64,000 bases of DNA, taken from positions 75,642,001 through 75,706,000 of the forward strand of contig NC_086108.1 in the NCBI RefSeq assembly GCF_963921235.1. The letters are read 5' to 3'. The position numbers were made by a program, and so were the translations under genes. Shown here in pieces: positions 11,301 to 26,300 of this stretch (within the stretch, counting starts at the first letter, position 1; each line of letters opens with the position of its first letter). This DNA is from Mobula hypostoma. Its lineage: Eukaryota. The notes below the pieces were generated by a model that was given only the letters and a program-made list of their open reading frames with translations, did no database searches and had not been told where the DNA came from.

Positions 11301-14300
11301 ATCCCAGAAACAGGGTGCATAAGCAATTTCTGTCTTTTATACAACTGTTAGAATGCTCAGGAGAGGTGGACAAGTATCATTGCTTTGAAATGCAACACCA
11401 GACAATAGCTTTAAATAACAGTCCCGCTGGAACCGTATTTTAGAAGCAGTGTACCAGTATAAACACACTAACATATAGAACATCTTGTGTAACTGACTGG
11501 GGATGAATTATAGACAAATAATTTCTCTCTCCTCCATTCCCAGTCCCCAGCTTGCCGAATAATTTTCAGTTGACGATAGATACCAGTGCTGGGTCTCTGA
11601 ACAAGGAAATACTCCTCTGCATCTTTGTTATCCCTCTTCCGTGTCACCACACAGGTCAGTGTGCGCTCTATTCGTGGAGGCTTTTTTGTAGGTTTCCTTG
11701 GATAATTCATAACTCCAAGATCGCTGTCCCAGGGTTCTTTGTCAGGCAAACATAGAGGGCAGTTTCCTCCACCACCTGCAACGTTAGGCAGAAACACTCA
11801 TCTTACTTTATCTGATATTCACAAAAGCCCTGTTTTGCAGCAGTATTGGACACTAATGTCCTCTGACACAAACTTGTAGGACTGAGGGGTGGGAGGGTGG
11901 ATCAAAGTCAACCACATTGCCAGGGCTTGGACCAAGCAACAGAAAGCTGCCTCAGAAAGTGTTTAATTCAAACAATTCCTGCCATCCTTGCTCCCAGAGT
12001 TGTGAAGATTGTGTGCCAATGCTTTCACTCCCACAGAACAACATGGAGGGATCTGCAAGGATAATTTCTTTACAATTCTCCAACTGTTGCATTTTTGATC
12101 TGTGTCTGAATAAAAAACCCACAGGATTTTCCTCTAAGTAGAGAAAAAGAATATTTGAAATTACAATCAGAGGACAAAACAAACACTTCTTATGTCTACA
12201 ATATTTGTGGAGGTGATAAAATATTTATGAAATGCAATAACCTCATCTCCCACAATCCCCAATGCATTGTCAATCTAATAAACTGTACATCATTTCTGGA
12301 CTAATTACTGATAATTCTTACCACACTCTTCAATGTCTGGGGTGGAGGAGGTCTTTGAAGCAGTGATACCTGGCAGTTTCTTTGAGACCATTTCCTGTTC
12401 CTTTATAACCTGAAAAGGGCACATATGCCAATGATAAGGAGACCTAATGCACCCTCAACTTCCCTTTACTGACCAGCTTTCTCAGATTTAGGACATCTTT
12501 CAGCATTTTACAACTATTTTACTACTTCTGAACTTTGGTTACCATTGTAATGCAGGAAATTACAACATAGTGGTAACTACGCTGCAGCAGTCCATGGCAT
12601 TTCCTATTCACTATTAATTATTTTCCACCTCTCCCTGCCTACCTCGTTGTACACTTTTAGAAAACAATAGTTTCCCTGAGGATTTTAAGCAGCTTAGAGT
12701 TTCAAAATTTTGTTTTCACATGGATCACTAACCTGTGCAAACCTAAAGGTCAAAGCTGCTCAAAGCTAGGAAATGGACAGATTTTCAACTTTTTTGTCCA
12801 GGAATAATTTTAATTCAGGGTTGCTGCTTTGTAGAGGTAAACGCCAATGTCCGTCAACTGTACGAATACTGAACCCCACTCTCAGCAATTCATCGACACA
12901 ACACATCAGACTGAGAAACTATTAACACTTAGCTTAGCCACTTGGATAATTGTATCATTCGCAGTTTTTAAGAACCCAAAATAAAGTGGAAGATGGATGT
13001 ATCAAGAAGGCAAGTTGTATCAAGGATAGGAAGCTGGGTCTGCTGTGAGATTTAGCAAGTTTTGAAGGTTATGTACGGCATTGGGAGGAATTATTTCAGA
13101 ATGTGGGAATATTAGAAAGGGCAGGCTGATCCAGAAGGAAATATCAAGCCTGACAGAGATAAACGTCAGCTGCAGTTGAGATGAAGAAACACTGTGAGAT
13201 GGGGCTGGGTAAAGCTGGATGAGAAACTGGTTGAAGGATATGGTGGCAGCATCAACATTTGAATTACGCAGGGATTCTTCAGCTGTATTGAGTTGATATT
13301 AACACTCAAGCTTACAAGTGCCTACAGTTGTCAACCAGCTGATTATATATAATAGTTCTTCACATGCTGTTTATCTACCACTGTCAAACCAACCATCTTT
13401 ATCACATACTCAAAACTTACCTGTTGGTAAGCTCTACAGTAGGTCTGAACAGGGCACTCTGCACAAAGGGGAGCTTTGGGAGTGCAGACAGTCGCTCCCA
13501 GCTCCATCATAGCCTGGTTAAAGTCTCCTGGTCTAACCAAATCCACCAAGGTATTAGCCAATATCCTATAATGCAACAATACAAAGATGAACGCATTTCA
13601 GATATATATATTTTGTGCCTTCTCTACTGTGATACAATCTTTTACAGAGTGGCTAATTTTTCAAAAACTGTTAATTTTTTTTCCAAACACCTAAGATTTG
13701 TGCAGTCTTAGTCTGAATTACTGGCCGAGTGTTTTTCAACCAGTTTCCAAACTAAATAATATGACAGCACTACAGTTGTCGCCACTTCAGTGCTCCGTGG
13801 ACTCCTAACTTCAGGCAGCGTCTGTGCAGAGCCCACTCTCAGTGTAGGATTCCCCTGGCACTGGGTTTCCTGACACGTGCCAAAGATGCACAGGGAGATA
13901 AACTGGCTCCTGAAAATTTCTCCTTAATGGAGCTTAGTGGCAAGGAGAATCAAAAGGGAGTTGATGGGCATGTGTGAGATAGAATAAACTGCAGAAATAA
14001 AAGGAGGAGCACTGAGACTAATAGATAATGCGCACAGGAGGCAGCTTGGGCCCAATGGAACAAATAGTCTTCTAGAGGACAAGTTAAGTTGATTTGAAAC
14101 ATACAAAATGCATAATTGGTTCTGTTAAACTCATGAACCAATTTAGTTTATTCTGACCCTTTTCAAGGGAAGTCAATTGAGAAAATAACTGCAAACACTT
14201 GACCCTAAAGAACTTCTGCGACTGATCTCCAACAACAGCCATTGTGATGAGTTAGGCTCCAGCCGCTATAGATTTTTTTTTCTCTGATCCCAATTAATAT

Positions 14301-17300
14301 TTTACCCATGATGCAATCAACTAGATGCTTTCATGATATTAAGGCTGTGATACCCACCTACCTCTAGAATGCAAGTTTGGATTAAAACTGGAACAGGGAT
14401 ATATTCTGAATAGCCTTTGCAGAACCCAGGCTGAGCAACTAGTGACCGGTTTATGCATGGAGAACTGAGAATTACTAGATAGTAAGCTTTACCACTGCTA
14501 TAAACATTTCACTGCCACATTACCAGAGCTTACCCAAATTTCATGACAATCATAGATAGTATGGAAACTCAGCCTTCACCCAAGAACAGGAACGCTGGTT
14601 GCTCTTAAGTCTTAGAGGAAGTTTTAGGGCAAAAGTTTCAGAGCAAAGTAGTTAAAAAAAAATTAAATGCATCTCAGGTCTCACAGACATACAGACGGCA
14701 CACCAGAGTACCAGATGGAACAAATGATACTGATGGATGTGTGCCCTCTCCAGGATCTCCCTTATCCAGGCTTCACCCCATCTCAATACTTGCCGCCATC
14801 AGTTTTTGAATTAGAGATGCAGCATGGCAACAGGCCCTTCAGCCCAACAAGCCCGTGCCACCCAAGTACACCCACGTGACCAATTAACCAACTAAACCAA
14901 ACATCTTAACAACACAGGAGGAAACTGGAGCACCTAAAGTGAACTCACACGGTCACGGGACAAATGTATGAACTCCTTACAGACAGCAGCGAGAATTGAA
15001 ACCGGGTCACTGGCGCTGAGAAGCATTACATAGAAACATAGAAAACCTACAGCACAGTACAGGCCCTTCAGCCCACAAAGCTGTGCTGAATATGTCCCTA
15101 CCTTAGAACTACCTAGGCTTTACCCACAGCCCTCTATTTTTCTAATGTAGCCAAACAAGTGTCTCGAAAAAGACCCTGTTGTTTCTGCCTCCATCATCGC
15201 CGCCAGTGGCCCTTTGCACGCACTCCCCACTCTCTGTGTAAAAAACTTACCCTTGACATTTACTCTCTACCTACTTCCAAACACCTTAAAACCATGCCCT
15301 CTTGTGCTAGCCATTTCAGCCCTGGGGAAAAGCCTGACTATCGACACGAACAATACCTCTCATTATCTTGTACATCTCTATCAAATCACCTCTCATCCTC
15401 TGTCACTCCAAGGAGAAAAGGCCGAGTTCACTTAACCTATTCTCATACGGCATGCTCCCCAATCCAGGCAATAGCCTAGTAAATCTCCTTTGCACCCTTT
15501 CTATGGTTTCCACGTCCTTCCTGTAGTGAGGCAACCAGAACTGAGCACAGTACTCCAAGTGGGGTCTGACCAGGGTCCTATACAGCTACAACATTACCTC
15601 TCGGCTCTCAATCCCATGATTGATAAAGGCCAATGCACCGCATGCCTTCTTAACCACAGAGTCAACCTGCACAGCAGCTTTGAGTGTTCTATGGGCTCAG
15701 ACCTCAAGATCCCTCCGATTCTCCACACTGCCAAGAGTCTTACCATTAATGCTATATTCTACCATCATATTTGACCTACCAAAATCAACCACTTCACACT
15801 TATCTGGGTTGCACTTCATCTGCCACTTCTCAGCCCAGTTTTGCATCCTATCAATGTCCCGCTGTAACCTCTGACAGCCCGCCACACTATCCACAACACC
15901 CCCAACCTTTGTGTCATCAGCAAATTTACTAACCCATCCCTCTACTTCCTCATCCTGGTCATTTATAAAAATCACAAAGAGTAGGGGTCCCAGAACAGAT
16001 TCCTGAGGCACACCACTGGTCACTGGCCTCCATGCAGAATATGACCCCTCTACAACCACTCTTTGCCTTCTGTGGGCAAGCCAGTTCTAGATCCACAAAG
16101 CAATGTCCCCTTGGATCCCATGCCTTCTTACTTTCTCAATAAGCCTTGCATGGGGTACCTTATCAAATGCTTTGCTAAAGTCCATACGTCTACTGCTCTA
16201 CCTTCATCAATGTGTTTAATCACATCCTCAAAAAATTCAATCAGGCTCGTAAGGCATGACTTGCCTTTGACAAAGCCATGCTGACTATTCCTAATCATAT
16301 TATGCTTCTCCAAATGTTCATAAATCCTGCCTCTCAGGATCTTCTCCATCAACTTACCAACCACTAAAGTAAGACTCACTGGCCTATAATTTCCTGGGCT
16401 AACCTTACTCCCTTTCTTGGATAAGGGAACAACATCCGCAACCCTCCAATCCTCCGGAACCTCTCCCGTCCTCGTTGATGATGCAAAGATCATTGCCAGA
16501 GGCTCAGCAATTTCCTCCCTCGCTTCCCAAATTAGCCTGGGGTACATCCTGTCCTGTCCAGGTGACTTATCCAGGTGACTGATGCTTTCCAAAAGCTCCA
16601 GCACATCCTCTTCCTTAATATCTACATGCTCAAGCTTTTCAGTCCACTGCAAGTCATCCCTACAATCGCCAAGATCATGTTCCGTAGTGAATACTGAAGC
16701 AAAGTATTCATTAAGTACACCGCGATTTCCTCTGGTTCCATACACACTTTTCCACCGTCACACTTGATTAGTCCTATTCTCTCACGTCTTATCCTCTTGC
16801 TTTTCACATACTTGTAGAATGCGTTGGGGTTTTCCTTAATCCTGTCTGCCAAGGCCTTGTCATGTCCCTCCTGGCTCTGCTAATTTCATTCTTAAGCTCG
16901 TTACTGCTAGCCTTAAAATCTTCTAGATTCCTATCATTACCTAGTTTTTTGAACCTTTCGTAAGCTCTTCTTCTTGACTAGATTTACAACAGTCTTTGTA
17001 CACCACGGATCTTGTATCCTACCATCCTTTCCATGTCTCATTGAAACGTACCTACTCAGAACCCTATGCAAATATCCCCTGAACATTTGCCACATTTCTT
17101 CCGTACGTTTCTCTGAGAACATGTTTCCAATTTATGCTTCCAAGTTCCTGCCTGATAACCTCATATTTCCCCTTACTCCAATTAAACGTTTCCCTAACTT
17201 GTCTGTTCCTATCGCTCTCTAATATTATGGTAAAGGAGATAGAATTGTGATCACTATCTCCAAAATGCTCTCCCACTGAGAGACCTGACCCCTGACCAGG

Positions 17301-20300
17301 TTCATTTCCCAATACCAGATCAAGTACAGCCTCTCCTCTTGTAGGCTTATCTACATATTGTGTCAAGAAACCTTCCTGAACACACCTAACAAACTCTACC
17401 CCATCTAAACCACTCGCTCTAGGGAGATGCCAATCAATATTTGGGAAATTAAAATCTCCCACCACAACAACCCTGTTAATATTACACCTTTCCAGAATCT
17501 GTCTCCCTAGCTGCTCCTCGATGTCCCTGTTACTATTGGATGGTCTATAAGAAACACTCAGTTATTGACCCCTTCCTATTCCTAACTTCCACCCACAGAG
17601 ACTCCACAGACAACCCCTCCATGACCTCCTCCTTTTCTGCAGCTGCGACACTATCTCTGATGAACAGTGCCACTCCCCCACCTCTTTTGCCTCCCTCCCT
17701 GTCCTTTCTGAAACATCTAAAGCCTGGCATTTGAAGTAGCCATACCTGCCCCTGCACCATCCAAGTCTCTGTAATGGCCACAACATCATAGCTCTAAGTG
17801 CTGATCCACGCTCTAAGCTCATCCGCTTTATTCATAATGCTCCTCGCATTAAAACAGACTCATCTCAAACTATCAGTCTGAGTGCGTCCCTTCTCTATCA
17901 CCTGCCTATCCTCCCTTTTGCACTGTCTCCAAGCTTTCTCTATTTGTGAGTCAACCTCCCTTTCCTCCGTCACTTCAGTTCGGTTCCCACCCCCCAGCAA
18001 TTCTAGTTTAAACTCTCCCCAATAGCCTTAGCAAACCTTCCTGCCAGGATATTGGTTCCCCTCGGATTCAAGTGCAACCCGTCCTTTTTGTACAGGTCAC
18101 ACCTGCCCCAAAAGAGGATCCAATGATCCAGAAATCTGAATCCCTGCCCCCTGCTTCAATCCCTCAGCCATGCATTAATTCTCCACCTCATCCTATTCCT
18201 ATACTCACTGTCACGTGGCACAGGCAGTAATCTCGAGATTACTATCTTTGAGGTCCTGCTTCTCAACTTCTTTCCTAATACCCTGTAGTCAGTTTTCAAG
18301 ACCTCCTCCTTTTTCCTACCTATATCGTTGGTACCTGTATGTATCACGACCTCTGGCTGTTCTCCTTCGCACTTCAAGATATCGTGGACCCCTGTATCCA
18401 GCTCGGCTGAGAGTCTTTTACGACGAAGGGACAAAAACTTACGCTACGGTGGAGGAGGCAACGTCGGACCTGGCGGACCGGGGACTACCTATTAAAGTTA
18501 TCACCGGAGTCGCTAGTGGAGGGGATTCGGCAGAAGTCGTGGCAGTTAGTGGGGCGAGGACGCTCCACTCGAACCAGAGTGTCAAACTACAAGGAAAAGC
18601 TGCAAATATTCAGACGCGAATGTACAGACAATACAGATTAATTAAGAGAAATGACTGAAAAGAGTAAATCGGACTTAAAAGTAAAATGAAAACTGGTAAC
18701 TGAAAATAATCTAGGCGGAATAACTTGAATGATAGCAATATGGTCGAGACATAAATAGGAGAAAATTCTCTATGATTATTCAAACTGCTGAGGGCCCTCT
18801 AACACAGGGTGAAGATAGAGGTTATCCCTCTGAACTGAGGCGGGTCGGTGCTCAGGCCTCACTGTGGGAAGTCGGGAAAAATTTTCAAATGTTATACGTT
18901 CAGAAATGTCTAGGGTGTGGTTATATGTCTTGGTTTACTGTTGAGAAGGGATTGCTTACTGTTTGGTTAGAAAAGGAGAGTGCTTTTTTTCTACTAGAGA
19001 AAAATGCAAACTGAATTGGTAAAAATAATTTCCTATAATGTTAATGGGGTTTTGAATCCAATTAAAAGAAATAAGATTATGTCTAAATTGAAAAAAGAGA
19101 GGGCACAAATAGCTTTCCTCCAGGAAACACATATGAGCCAATCTGAACATGGAAAATTAAAAAGAATGGTCTTTAAGCATGTATTTTATTCATCATATAA
19201 ATTGAGTCACAAAAGAGGGGTAGCTACTTTAAATCAAGTACTGTTAATTATGAACATATTTCAGAGACTAGAGACAAAGAAGGATGGTTTGTAAAAATCA
19301 CAGGAAGAATAGAAGGTACAGAAATAACATTGCTGAATGTTTATGCTCCTCCAGGTAGTGAATGGTCATTTTATAGACACATTTTTGACCTAATGGTCAG
19401 TTCTCGAGGGGTAGTAATTTGTGGAGGGGATTTTAATATTAGATTAAATCCTATATTAGATTCTTCAAGAATAGTTACTCAGAATAAACCTCTGACTCGG
19501 AAAGTGAATTCATTGATGGAGGAGTTGGGAATTATAGATGTCTGGAGGGAATTACACCCTACTAGTAAAGATTATACATATTACTCTTTCCCTCTTTCAG
19601 CCTATTCAAGGATAGACTATTTCTTTATCTTTAATACAGATAGACTCAGGATAAAAAACTGTAATATTGCAACAATTGATCTGTCGGATCATAGCCCAGT
19701 CTCTATGTCTCTAATCCTGGAAAGGAAAATGAGGAAAACACTATGGAGGCTAAACTCACATATACTTAATAACCCAAAAGTAATGGAGAGATTAAGGGGA
19801 GAAATCAAAGAATATCTAGACCTTAATGACACGGGAGAAACATCACCAGTGATTTTATGGGATACATTGAAAGCTGTACTGAGAGGGAAAATTATTTCCA
19901 TTACTACTCACATGAAAAAAATCAATGCACAAAAATTAGCAGACCTTCAAGGAAAATTAAAACAACTTCAAGTTGTAGATAGCAACAAAAGTAATTCAAA
20001 TCGAAAACAGGAAATTAGGAAATTGCAAAGTGAAATTGATGATATTTATACGTTGGAAACTCAAAGAAATTTTCTTTACCTGAGACAAAAGAATTATGAA
20101 GTAGGAGGTAAATCAGCTAGATTATTAGCATATAAATTACGAAAACAACAAGCAGACAATACAATTCATAAAATAAAGAATCCAAAGACAAAGCTTGTGG
20201 AGAGTACAATAGGGAAAATTCAAGAGAGTTTTGAAACGTATTATCGAGAGCTGTACTCCCAACCCCGGGCCCCCAATGAGCCCTATATAGACAGTGTATT

Positions 20301-23300
20301 GAATTTTTTAGATCTACCTAAACTTACAGATTTACAAAATGAAAGTTTATTAGAACCAGTAACTGTCAAAGAACTGAACGTGACCATCTCTAGGTTAAAG
20401 GCTGGAAAGTCCCCGGGTTCTGATGGGTTTACCTCAGAGTGGTACAAGTCCCTGAAGACACAGTTAGCCCCATTACTACTTAACACCTTTAATTGGAGCT
20501 TGCAGAGAGGAGAAACTCCACCTTCCTGGAGAGAAGCGATTATTTCAGTTATTCCTAAAGAGGGTAAAGATAAACTAGAATGTGGCAATTATCGGCCAAT
20601 TAGTGTTCTTAATTTAGATTACAAACTATTTACATCTATATTAGCGCACAGATTGGAAAAGCTTTTACCTGGCCTAATCCATTTAGACCAGACTGGATTT
20701 ATTCAACAAAGACAAACACAGGACAACATAAGGAGAACTCTGCACATATTAGAACAGGTTAATAAGAACGAGACAGAGACAATGGTAGTAGGATTGGACG
20801 CTGAGAAAGCTTTTGATTCGGTTAGTTGGGCATTCCTATACAGAGTGTTAGGAAGATTCGGCTTTCAAGAAAGGTTTATTAAAGTAATTCAGACTCTGTA
20901 TGACAGCCCAACAGCCCGAATTAAGATAAATGGGGACCTCTCTGACTCCTTCATTATAGAGAGGGGCACTAGACAGGGATGCCCAATTTCTCCTCTCCTT
21001 TTTGCGCTATATATTGAACCACTTGCCCAACTAATAAGACAGAGCGAAATCGTAAAAGGTATCAAGGTGGCAGGGATTGAACAGAAAGTGGCGTTATTCG
21101 CAGATGATGTTTTGGTCTATCTGAGTGAACCAGAAAAATCATTTATAGGATTGGTTACACTGTTGGATGACTTTGGGAAAATATCAGGTTATAAAATAAA
21201 TGTAAAGAAAACGCAGGTTATGTCCCTAAATTATACACCATCCAAAAAATTGCAGGATACATACGATCTTAAGTGGGAAGCTAAATCATTAAAATATTTA
21301 GGAATAACCCTGCCGAAGGATCTTTCAACACTGTCACAGGTAAATTATGGGCCATTAATCTCAGAGATAAAAGCAGATATGCATAGATGGAATCTTATCC
21401 CCTTTTTAAGTTTAAATTCAAGGATAAATACTATAAAAATGAATATTCTTCCTCGGTTATTATATCTTTTCCGTACTTTACCAGTGGAGGTGGATGATAA
21501 TCAATTCAGGGAATGGGACAAATGGATTTCCCGCTTCATTTGGCAAGGAAGGAAATCTAGAATTCGATATAACACCTTACAGTTAGGGAAGGAAAGAGGA
21601 GGTATGGTTCTTCCTTGCCTGAGAAACTATTTTTATGCCTCACAGATAACCCCTCTGTTATATTGGTGTAATAGGGAATATAAGGCTAGATGGAAGGAAA
21701 TAGAATTTGGATTAGTTGACAGTTTTCCTCTTCAGGCCTCAATAGCTGATAAAGGATTGATGGCCCAGTTGGAAAAATTTAATAATGCTTGGATAAATCT
21801 TACATTAAAAGTATGGCAGAAGGTGGTTAATTCATGTGGAATTAATAACATGCTAAAACTCTTTAGATGGTGTGCATATGATACTGAATTCCTTCCCAAC
21901 AGAGGAGTAAAAGATTTGAGCTATGGATAAAGAAAGGTCTTACAACCTACCTCTCATTTATAGATAAAAGAGTATTACAAAGTTTCCAAATCCTGCAGGA
22001 CAAACATGGCCTAGAACATAATGACTTTTTTAGGTACCTTCAAATACGAAACTATGTTAACCAGAGTTGTAGATATACAGACCTATCAACAGTAGAATTA
22101 GAATTTTTCAAGATTCTGAATTCGGCTTGCAGTTCAATACCTAGTAAATCAGTTTCTCGCCTATATAATGCACTCTCCCATGCTAAAAATGTAAATACAC
22201 TGTATATTAAAGAGAAGTGGGAGAAAGAAGCGGAGTTGGTACTTTCAGAGGAGGCTTGGGGGAAAATCTGCAGCTTTCAATGGTCCTCGACTAATTCTTT
22301 GACTTGGAGAGAACATTGTTGGAAAAACATTATAAGATACTTCAAGACCCCATATCAGGAAAAATATAAAGATACAAATGTGATGTGTTGGAGAAGGTGC
22401 GGCTCCAAGGAGGCAAATCATTTTCATATTTTCTGGGATTGCCCTAAATTAAGTCTATTTTGGGAAGGTATTCATAGAACATTAGTTAAGGTATTAAGGT
22501 CCCAGATACCTCTGAACTTTGAGACGCTCTATTTGGGGCATGTATTGTTCCTTGAACAGAAGGAAGATATAAAGTTGCTGCAGGGAAATCAATCACTAGA
22601 AAATGGCTAAATCCAATACCACCTACATTAGAAGATTGGTACGAAATTATCTTGGAAATATTTAAAATGGAAAAGTTGACCTACTCCCTGAGAACTCAAA
22701 AAGAAACATTTTATCAAATCTGGAATAAATGGATTGAATATATAACCCCAATGCGAGCAGACTTTAGATGACTCTCCTAATGATTTATATTGCTCTTCTC
22801 ATCAACACAGTAATATTGCTAACGTAAGCACCCCTAGTCTAAATGTTTGTTGTTTTTTTTTGGAAAATAGAGAATTAACACAAGTAAAGGGAAAGATTTG
22901 GGAAAGGGATAAAAAAAAAATGAAAAAATTAAGTAAATAAGTACATAGGGATTGGATAATTATGTCTGTGGGCAGGAACAAATTGGGATATAAACACCTA
23001 CAATGGTTGGTATATAGGCTTGTATACAACATTTTGGACCAGTGGAAATGGTCCAGAAGGGTTGTATGGAAACTATTATTACCATTTTTCTTAACAACTA
23101 ATTTCATTACTTAGCCTAATAGGTTAGATTTACCACAGTACATAATTATCTATTTAAATGTTTATTTTGCTTTTATATCATCTCAATGTGTACTTAAGAA
23201 TGTATAAATAATTGTAGTTTTATACATATAAAAAAATGGAAAAGGTTATATGTGTGAAAAAAGTACATGATAATTGTGAACTCCTTATCCAAATAAAAAT

Positions 23301-26300
23301 AAAATTAAAAAAAAAAGATATCGTGGACACGATCAGAAACATCCCGCACCCTGGCACCTGGGAGGCAAACTACCATCCACGTTTCTTTCCTGCATCCACA
23401 GAATCGCTTATATGAGCCCCTAACTATAGAGTCCCCTATCACTGCTGCCATCCTCTTCCTTTCTCTACCCTTCTGAGCCACAGGGCCAGACTCTGTGCTA
23501 GCAGCACGACCACTGTTGCTCCCCCCCGGTCGGCCGTCCCCCCCAACAGTACTCAAGCAGGAATACTTATTGTTAAGGGGGACAGCCACTGGGGTACTCT
23601 CTAGTACCTGCTTCTTGCCCTTCCCTCTCTTGACTGTTACCCACTTCTTTGTCTCCTGTGGTCCTGGAGTGACCACCTGCCTATGGCTACTCTCGATCAC
23701 CTCCTCACTCTCCCTGACCAGACAAAGGTCATCGAGCTGCATCTCCAGTTCCCTAATGCGGTCTCTAAGGAGCTGCAGCTCGACACACCAGGTGCAGATG
23801 TGGTCGTCTGGGAGGCCGGGAGGCCAGCAGTCTCCAGGACCTCCCACATTTGACACCGAGCGCAGAAAACCAGCCTCACAAATACTTTCTGTCTTTATTT
23901 TAAACAGATAACCTACCTGGCCTCGACCCCTTATCGCCTAAGCCCCGTTGAACCAAAGCCTTCCTACTCTGTCTCCCACTACTCCGTCACCCACTCCTCC
24001 AATGCCCGCTCTGTAAATCTGTCTCCCTTTTAAACTCTTCCTGCTGTTCTCACTGGCTGACCTCCAGGCGCTTGCGCAGTCATGCCCCGTTCAAACCGCT
24101 GAAGAAATAACCTACCATGCCACATCAAGATCCATGCTGCAGGACTGAAGGACCCACCGTACTCCAAGAACAGGTTGAACAAGGGAGCTACAGCACAAAG
24201 TTTAGCAGTGAGGTCTATAAACAGATAATGAACACTGACGGAAGCACCAGTGATATAGATACGAATACCTGTCTGTTGAAAATTCAAGGCTGAGTCCAAG
24301 ACATCATTATTCCTTTATCTCGTTGTGTGATCTACTTGTAGATTTTCAGTGACAGATCAACAAACATTGTAGTTTGCCTCTCAAAAGATCCTTCTAATGC
24401 CAGCAATGGAGTAAATATGATCCACGCTGAAACAATGTATTCATCATGTTAAGTGTCCCGGTCAGTTTTCTGATGGGCATGATTTTACCCCAAAATGATC
24501 GCTACTGCAATTTGGCACAAGTAAAATAACTGCTACACATAATCTGTGCAAGTAGATCCAATTTTTAGACTTTTGCCCTTTAACCCCCTTACTATGCTAC
24601 ATGAATAGCTGAAAGAAAAGTGCACTTCTTACCAAAGGGATTCAATCACTGATGGGCTGGTGCAGTCTGCTCCAATTGCTCTCATACGACACAGAACTCG
24701 TGTTACATTCCCGTCAACCACACCAGTTACCTATAAGCAGCAAAAAGCTAGTCATGACTAAAACAATCATATTTCAATCTATTAAAAGAATACATAATAT
24801 ATAATGATTTGGAATCATTGTCACTGGATTTTCTATTCTCTAAAATGCGATTTCAAAATATAAATTTTCTTCTCAAGCATTTTCAAGGTCTTCTTGTGCA
24901 CATTGTTCTTATATTTAGATAATCTTAAACTTTTGCTCAGTTGACTAGAACTTAAAAAAAAATTCTGGACAATTATTCTCCTGGCCTTATCTTTGAAAAA
25001 AATTAATTTGAAGCATAGCAAATAAGCACCTATGAAACAACAATCATGCCAACTAAAATATTACCCTCATTTCTCTTTTCTTTCCTCTACCATCTCTAGT
25101 TTCATCCTCAACTTTAATTTTGAGGCCCTTAGGGGAAATAAAACAACCAAACAGCTTAATGGTTATTGTCTTCTCGTACTGTGTGAATCAACACAACGTT
25201 CTACAATAATTTACTTAATCAACACAGACTGTGCCCAGATTACAACAGGGTTCCAATCCTGAGAACTGTTCAAAAACTGAACTCTCTGTAAGTTGGAAAT
25301 GAACAAATGCTGGTTATGGGTGGGGGGGGGGGGGGCAGTCATGAAACAATTGTGACAGGAGAGCAACCAGGCTTGAAAAGAGCAGCTGGCAGCCACTAAC
25401 ACAATGAGCGAGCAAGCAAATCCACTCAGCTCTACTCGGCTCAAACCAGCCCCTGACTGTCGTGGCTCAGTGGATGGCTCACAGAAATACCCCATTCTCA
25501 CCCAGCAGAAAATGACAGCAGCCTCACAGCAGCAAGCAAATACATTTTTCCAGTCCCCCAAACATCTGTTGTTTTTCCATAAATAGGATGTTCGGAGCTT
25601 TGGGAGGGCTAGTTATTGAAAATGGAATTGATCACTTCTGATGAGTTCATGGCAGAATATTGCTCCATCTCAGAATTCGGAATATGCCAAGTATGCCCGC
25701 AGGAAAATGAACCTCAGGGTTGCGTACAGAGACATATACGAGGAGTGATTGATAAGTTTGTGGCCTAAGGTAGAAGGAGTCGATCTTAGAAAACTAGCAC
25801 ATTTATTTTTCAACATAGTCCCCTCCTACATTTACATACTCAGTCCAGTGGTCGTGGGGCATACAGATCTTGGACCTCCAGAAAGTGCCCACAGCACGAG
25901 TGATTGATAAGTTTGTGGCCTAAGGTAGAAGGAGATGAGTTATACAGCAAACATGAGGAAATCTGCAGCTGCTGGAAATTCAAGCAACACACACAAAATG
26001 CTGGTGGAAGGCAGTAGGCCAGGCAGCTTCAACAGGAAGAAGCACAGTCGACGTTTCAGGCTGAGACCCTTCATCAAGACTAACTGACGGAAGAGATAGT
26101 ATGAGATTTGAAAGTGGGAAGGGGAGGGGGAGATCTGAAATGATAGAAGACAGGAGGGGGAGGGATAGAGCTAAGAGCTGGAAAGTTGATTGGCAAAAGG
26201 GATACAAGGCTGGAGAAGGGAGAGGATCATGGGACGGGAGGCCTAGCGAGAAGAAAGGGGGAGGGGAGCACCAGAGGAAGATGGAGAGCAGGCAAGGAGT

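Noticed and set aside
15490..16284. Many ORFs antisense to CR1 RT (also near 31522, 39292, 41685, 61373)
   Set aside because: Recurrent antisense open frames of CR1 coding sequence, with no independent evidence of function.
19330..21930. 866-aa ORF as a host gene or a prokaryote-type RT system
   Set aside because: It is L1 ORF2 with frameshifts on both sides, a poly(A) tail and a TSD.
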